Source of the DNA: Octopus bimaculoides
Lineage: Eukaryota
Direction of reading: 5' to 3'
Length of the DNA stretch: 40,301 bases
Assembly (NCBI RefSeq): GCF_001194135.2
Contig: NC_069005.1
Location: 20,389,652-20,429,952, forward strand
The notes under the pieces are model-generated. The model had not been told where the DNA came from. It was given only the letters and a program-made list of their open reading frames with translations, and did no database searches. The translations under genes were made by a program, and so were the position numbers. Positions 34,344 to 40,301 of this stretch are shown in pieces (positions within the stretch are counted from its first letter, which is position 1; the number at the start of each line of letters is the position of its first letter).

Positions 34344-34509
34344 GTGAGAATATCTGAAATAAACTCGACTGCTCCCACAGGCGAGAATACTAAAAATGAA
34401 CCCAACTGCCCTGAAAAATTAAGTGAGAAAACCGGAAAAACAATCCAGAATCCTTGTCTGGTACCTGATCAATCCCAATGGTAGTCATGGAATGTGAAGG
34501 TGGATGTGT

Positions 34510-34760
34510 GAGCTATGTTTGTAATGCTGTGTGTGTGTCATCTGCAGTGGGAACAGGGACAGTTTTCTCTATGAAGGCCTTTTTTAATCTATCCACTGAT
34601 ATAGTGTCTTTATGACCATTAAGGTCTATAATGAAAAATTTACCTATTTGTGAAAGAAAACAGAAAGGACCTGCATACAGTGTTGTTAATGGAGGTTTAA
34701 CAACATCGTTGCGCACAAAAATGTAAGTCCAAGTAGTAAAGCTTCTTTCAAGGCAGAGCT
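34510..34760 (-). mobile_element. Ty3/Gypsy integrase C-terminal (GPY/F) fragment
   Basis: YIFVRNDVVKPPLTTLYAGPF...GHKDTISVDRLKKAF matches the pattern VFVR.D....PL...Y.GPF...DTVS.DRLKPA. Confidence 0.8.
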
Positions 34761-35320
34761 AGAAATGCAATTGTCAAGTAGGAAAGAGGTTTTAAACAGC
34801 AGCGAAATATTCAAAATTGGTAAAATTAAAAATTGTTGAGGATAAATTAAATTTATTGTTACTGGATATGTTAGTGTTATTTCATTTCTGAATGGTTTTG
34901 TCTATGTAGTTCAATTTCTTTATCCATCAGTTTCTACTAAGCTAGAGACATGAGTAAAATTAAGAGAAACAACAATAAAACTTTGGAAACAGCAACGCCG
35001 CCATGATTTATGTGGAAACCATGAACGTGCTTTCAAGGGAGATAATCAGAGAAAGACTTGAAAGTGAACATAAGATTGTAATACTTCATGTAAAGTAAAT
35101 CTAACAAATAATCCAGAATCCTTGTCTGGTACTGGATTGATCCCAAATTCTAATCAGTTTGTGCCAGTCATGAGGCCAAACATTCCTGAAAGTTTCATCC
35201 GAATCCATCCAGCGGTTTTTGAGATATCTTGTCCATGGACAAACAAACAAACACAACTGAAAACAATGTCTCCACCTTCGCTAAGGCTGAGGTAATAATA
35301 ATAGTAAACACTACAAAATT

Positions 35321-35372
35321 ATGTTCATACCAGTAAACAAGTATGTTCATACCTGTTTACTGGTATGAACAT
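35321..35372. repeat. Fold-back inverted repeat, 25-bp arms, 2-nt loop
   Basis: ATGTTCATACCAGTAAACAAGTATG-TT-CATACCTGTTTACTGGTATGAACAT, 1 mismatch. Confidence 0.95.
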
Positions 35373-35905
35373 CATCCTGAGCCAGTCGTTGAAAGTAAAA
35401 ATGTCACTGTCCTCTGAGATTTTCCAATCAACACTGACAGAACAATCCAGGCTAATCGACTAGACATAGTTATTAAGAACAAGGAAGAAAATACTTGTAG
35501 ACTAATAGATGTAAGTGTTTCCTCTGATAAAAATATATCTGTAAAGGAATTTAACAAATTAAGTAACTATAAGGACCTGGAAATTGAAATACAAAAGATG
35601 TGACATCTTAAAGCAAGAACTGTTTCTGTTATGCCCTAGGTATGAAGAAAAAGGGATATCCGAAACATCTAGATAAAATCCCAGGAGAACCATGTCTTAG
35701 TGAAATGCAAAAGATTGTGCTGACAAGTACTGCCCACATCCTTAGAAAAACCCTATCAATTTAAATGTCTGTGTTACATGAAGATATTTCACTACTGCCC
35801 CTGCCACTCCTCAAGCTTTCAGTCATACTGTAGCATCTTTTCTTCACTCACCCTAGGATGCTGGGTGAGTCTCGGCAAGTAATTGTAACAAACATGCAGA
35901 TTATA
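35360..35905 (+). mobile_element. R4/Dong-clade non-LTR retrotransposon 3' end (restriction-like endonuclease)
   Basis: WYEHHPEPVVES..VL*DFPINTDRTIQANRLDIVI...IDVSV..D.NI..KE..K..YKDLEIEI...QKIVLTSTAHILRKTL* (stop about 35763). 3' UTR hairpin at 35846-35870. Ends at TAA repeats. Confidence 0.88.
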
Positions 35906-35909
35906 TTAA

Positions 35910-37047
35910 TAATCCTTTCTAGTATAGGCACAAGGCCTGAAATCTGGGGGCAAGGAACTAGTCAATTATATCAACCCCAGTACTCAACTGGTACTTATGT
36001 TTTCAACCCCAAAAGGAGAAAAGGTAAACTTGAACTCAGAATATAAAGCTGGACAAAATACTGCCAAATTTTTTGCCAGGCATGCTAACGATTCTGCCAG
36101 CTCACTGTCATGTACAATAACAAAGGATTTCAAATTTTGGCACAAGGCCAGCAGGTTCAGGAAGGGAATAAGTCAGTTACATCAACACTAGTGCTCTCTA
36201 TTGGTACTTAATTTATCGACCCTGAAAGGGTGGAAGGCTAAGTCAACCTTGGCAGAATTTGAACTAAGAACGTAAAGACAGACAAGGCAATGAGCAGGTA
36301 GAATCATTAGCATGCCATATAATAATAATATAATAATAATAATAATAATAATAATCCTTTCTGTTATAGGCACAAGGCCTGAAATTTTGGAGGCGGGGTC
36401 TAGTCGATTACATGGATCCCAGTACACAATTGGTACGTGCTTTTTGATCCTGAAAGGATGAAAAGCAAAGGTGGTCTCAGCAGAATTTGAACTCAGAACA
36501 AAATACCTCTAAGCATTTTGTTCAGTGTACTAATGATTTTGCCAGCTTGCTGCCTTAATAATAATGATAATAATAATAATAATAATAATGATAATAATAA
36601 TGGTTTCAAATTTTGGCACAGGGCAAGCTGTTTTTGAGAGTTGGGGGAAGCCGGTTACATTGACACCGGTTTTTCACTTGGACTTTATTTTTATTGACCC
36701 CAAAAGGATGTAAGGCAAAGTTAACCTTGGCAGAATTTGAACTCAGAATGAAAAGACTGGTGAAATGCTGCTAAGTATTTTACCCAGCATGTTAATGATT
36801 CTGCCATCTGACTGCCTTAATAATAATAATAATAATTCTTTCTAATATAGGCACAAGGCCTGAAATATGAGGTGAGGGGTTAGTAGATTACATCAACCCC
36901 AGTGTTTAACTGGTGCTTATTTTATCAACCCTGAAAGGATGAAAGGCAAAGTTGACATCTGCAGAATTTGAACTCAGAACATAAATATGTATGAAAAACC
37001 ACTAAGTAGTTTGTCCGTTGTGCTAATGATTCTGCCAGATCATTGCC

Positions 37048-37090
<43 letters not shown>

Positions 37091-37095
37091 TAATC
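35910..37095 (-). mobile_element. Array of five SINE family 2 copies interleaved with (TAA)n
   Basis: Copies at about 35910-36107, 36125-36290, 36355-36556, 36603-36817 and 36838-37050. Confidence 0.88.
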
Positions 37096-37262
37096 TGTTA
37101 ACATTGTAGGAAGATGTTTGATAATATATGTGTGCAAACCATTCAATACCATTTTTTTTTCTACAGCATCAGTGAAAAAAAGAAAGAAACCCCTTGTGTC
37201 TGTTTTCTACTTTTCTCAGTTGGTGTCATTCCAATTTAACCCATTAAACTAGTCAATCAACC

Positions 37263-37456
37263 ATGGCACTTCCTACACTGTCTAGCCGCTCATGGCCTGC
37301 CCTACAGAACATCTATATGTACACATGGAATCAACGAAGATGTCGAAATGAAGATATGAGACAAAGCTGTTTAAATACAGACCGTTTTTTCCAGACAGGA
37401 AGGTTAAAAGCTGAAAAAATGCAAAAATGGACTTCTGATAAGTATTACCGTAAAAG
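37263..37456 (+). CDS. TCHP: Trichoplein keratin filament-binding protein, first coding exon (64 aa plus 2 nt, phase 2); exon starts at 37220
   Basis: MALPTLSSRSW...MRQ...RFFQ...K...WTSDKYYRK-S aligns to the human TCHP N-terminus as recalled (MALPTLPSYW...LRQ...RYFR...K...WSS..SYQRS) with a 2-aa offset. Acceptor TTTTCTACTTTTCTCAG|, in-frame upstream TAA, Kozak ACCATGG, donor AAG|GTAGAA. Confidence 0.85.
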
Positions 37457-37984
37457 GTAGAATTACCTGTTTGCAAAAAAAACTTAATGCTTGACTAACA
37501 AAAGCTGTCCCCAACCACCCATTCCTCTATGTCCTCACCCACCCGCCAGCACACTAACCTTTCTCTTTTATTTTCATTTCTTATTCTTGGCGCTTTAAAA
37601 TAAAAAAAAAAAAATGCATGGAATTCATCATGGGACAGTAATGTAACTCCTAAATGCAAAATTTCTGGCTTATGTAAATAAGGCTTTGAATTGAATGCTG
37701 GGAATTAGTTTGACATTGCCTGTAACTAACATTTGCTTCCATAGGAGCAGTGGTTCTTTATCTCCTCTCAAAGCGCAGTTCCCCATTTCACTGTATGCCC
37801 CCTCCACCACTCCCCTTGAATTTTGCAACTGCTCTCCTGCCCTTCCCTGAATAATTTTCCTGAAACTCAAAATTTAATTTTGTGCTTTGGCTTCAGTCAT
37901 GTTTCTGCTCAATTAATAACACAATGTCTTATATTCTAATCCGTTCAAAGATTTCTATTTTTGAAAATGTGTTTAAAATATAAA

Positions 37985-38160
37985 GCATGCCTGTGTTGTT
38001 AAGAAGCTTACTTTGTAAACTTGTAGTTTCAGGTTCAGTCCCACTGCATGACACCTTGGGCAAGTGTCTTTTGGGTCAACTAATATCTCGTATGTAAATC
38101 TGGTAGATAGAAGCCTGTTGTATGTACACGCACACGTGCGTGCACACACAGGCATCCACT
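37985..38160 (+). mobile_element. SINE family 1, 5' part, diverged
   Basis: AGGTTCAGTCCCACTGCATGACACCTTGGGCAAGTGTCTT. Confidence 0.75.
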
Positions 38161-38440
38161 GCATTATCACTACCTCAGCTTACAGAATTTCGTGCTTATG
38201 GAAATTATAAAGTATGACCATTAATTTTGGGATCCTGTATGTAATTTCACTTTTACAGAAACGGGTATTGCATAGTTTTAAATTGTTAACAATTTAAAAC
38301 TATACTCCCATCTTAGCTCATTGGTCATTAGCGTTTTAATTAAGGTCAAAGTTAATAGTTAATGATTTGGAAAACTATCTGCAAGTTACTCACATGCATG
38401 CACACAAATACGCATGTTTATATTTTGTACATAATGTGAG

Positions 38441-38501
<61 letters not shown>

Positions 38502-38514
38502 GTTTATACATATA

Positions 38515-39536
38515 CGAATGACAGGGATCTTCTCTATGTGGCTGGTGACTTCAATGGACATGTTGGACAACATGCAGGGGGCTTCCATGGTTTTGGTTCC
38601 CGCAATGGGGAGGAAACCAGGCTGCTGGAGTTCTGTGATGCAAATGATCTTATGGTTTGCAATACTAACTTCAGGAAACCTGCCAGTCACCTACCGATCT
38701 GGTAGACACACTAGCCAAATTGACTACATCCTTGCCAGAAAAAGGGAAAGATGGCTGCTTATAAATGCCAAAACCTTCCCAGGCGAAGAATATACCCCAC
38801 AACATAGACTAGTAGTTAACAACTTCAGGATCAGGGCTAAATGGATACCCAGAAGATGACAGCATGGAGGAGAAGGGTCTGGAAGCTTAAAGATCCTGCA
38901 AATGGACAGAGATTTAGAGACATATTACTTGAAGCTTTTGACGAAATAGAGGAGGATATAGTATCACATGATGTGAAGACATCTAGAGGTTTCTACAGAA
39001 CAACCTGCTGAGGGCCACTGACCAGATCTATAGATGGTGCAAAGTCCCCTCTCGATCCAAGGTAACGTGGTGGTGGAACAATGGGTTGACAGGGCTATCA
39101 GACAAAACAAAGAGGCTTGGAGGGACTGGAAGAACGGTGGTAGCAGGGAATTGTATCAGACTGCCAGAAGGGAAGGTAAGCGACAGGTTTATTTAGCCAG
39201 ATGGGAAGCTGATAAGAAAAAATTTGCCAATGTTCTGTGCCGTGAGGACCAATGACTTGAGGTATTTCGTGTTGCAAGACAGTGTGTGAGACAGAATTGT
39301 GATGTCGTGGGAGAGAAATGTGTCCGCATGAATAATGGTTCACTTGCATTAAATGAGGCTGCAAAGAGAGGGGTTTGGAGATGCCACTATGAAAGGTTGC
39401 TAAATAAAGAGAATGAATGGGAGAAAGAGAGTCTGCTGAATGCCAACCCAACAGAGGGACCAGCTATCCAAATTGACAGTACTTTGGTAGATAAAGCAGT
39501 TAAGGGTATGCAGACGGGGAAAGCCCCTGACCCATC
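38515..39536 (+). mobile_element. RTE LINE internal fragment (endonuclease C-half to start of RT)
   Basis: VAGDFNGHVG, LLEFCDANDLMVCNTNFRK, TYRSG..TSQIDYIL, QHRLVV, KAVKGMQTGKAPDPS. Frameshifted. Confidence 0.9.
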
Positions 39537-40243
39537 GTACTCCAAAGGTAAAGGTGATTATGACACTAATACATATAATTATAATAATAACAATATTAAT
39601 TGAGGTTATAAACTCAAAAAAAGTGAAATACCTCTGAATAAATAATGTACTCCAAACAATAAAAAGTAAACAAAACTGCTACAAATAATTGTAGTATAAA
39701 TAAACATTTTAAAACCTTGATTCAACTGTAATACTAGTAAAGGTGATTATAAAACTAGAATTTAATTCGACTTAAAAAGGAACACCATGACCTTCAGCTG
39801 AATACCAATGCAGGAAGCTTGTTTGAATTAGTTCACTTTGAAAATGTCGTAAGTGATGGACCTTTGATGAAATTGCAATGACTAGGATGCATAATTACAT
39901 ATAGAGCAATGTGCAGTTGCTGCAGTAGAAACATATGTTGATCATTGTTATATATACTGTAGAAAATTTTTTAATAAAAAAGTCTTGGATGTGAATAAAT
40001 CTCCACTCTCCTCTTGGTTTTCAATAATATACATATGTATGTATTTGTATCTATATATATATATATATATATATAATTATAAAATCTGGTAATTAGTCAT
40101 ATATTAATTAATATCGATTAATTATCAGGAGGCCAGCGCATCTAAAGAATCAAAGAGATTCAGAAATATTATCTGCAATCTCAGGGGATTAAGGTACATT
40201 TTAAAAAAATAACGTCGACCACTAACGTGGACAATTAATGCGC

Positions 40244-40301
40244 TAGAAATAGATCACAGCTTGTGTCTATTAAGATAGACACAAGATGTGATCTATTTCT
40301 A
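40244..40301. repeat. Near-perfect palindrome, arms at least 27 bp, 4-nt loop, reaching the window edge
   Basis: TAGAAATAGATCACAGCTTGTGTCTAT-TAAG-ATAGACACAAGATGTGATCTATTTCTA, 1 mismatch. Confidence 0.95.

Larger units (their letters stand above)
33724..35296 (+). mobile_element. Short Helentron-like (HINE) element split into three pieces (33724-33808, 34345-34478, 35107-35296) by two insertions
   Basis: 5' GCACTCGGAGAGTGCAAACCTCTGCCAAGG. 3' GAAAGTTTCATCCGAATCC...ACAAACAAACAAAC...AAAACAATGTCTCCACCTTCGCTAAGGCTGAGGTAA. This end structure is typical of HINEs. Confidence 0.65.

Overview
Eukaryotic, AT-rich, repeat-saturated genomic DNA with two assembly gaps. The tRNA-derived SINEs, RTE tails ending in (GAT)n and microsatellite load look like an Octopus genome; this is inferred from repeat recognition, not from a search. 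The ORF track is almost all noise or TE debris. Reading for spliced exons reveals two host genes arranged head-to-head around a CpG-retaining interval of about 5.6 kb. The first is a glycolipid transfer protein gene (GLTP-like, minus strand, first coding exon 22231-22123), whose next exon was not found, implying an intron over 20 kb unless the exon lies in the N gap. The second is trichoplein (TCHP, plus strand, first coding exon 37263-37456, probable non-coding exon ending at 28563). As I recall, GLTP and TCHP are also divergent neighbours on human 12q24.11 with the same first coding-intron positions, which would make this an ancient conserved gene pair. This is the main finding. The introns hold a layered TE record: mariner and its MITEs, two CR1-type LINE ends, three RTE lineages, a Penelope-like RT, Gypsy gag and integrase relics, an R4/Dong endonuclease end, Helentron-like elements, a hAT MITE, two SINE families and several near-perfect hairpins. 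TE and SINE boundaries are approximate.
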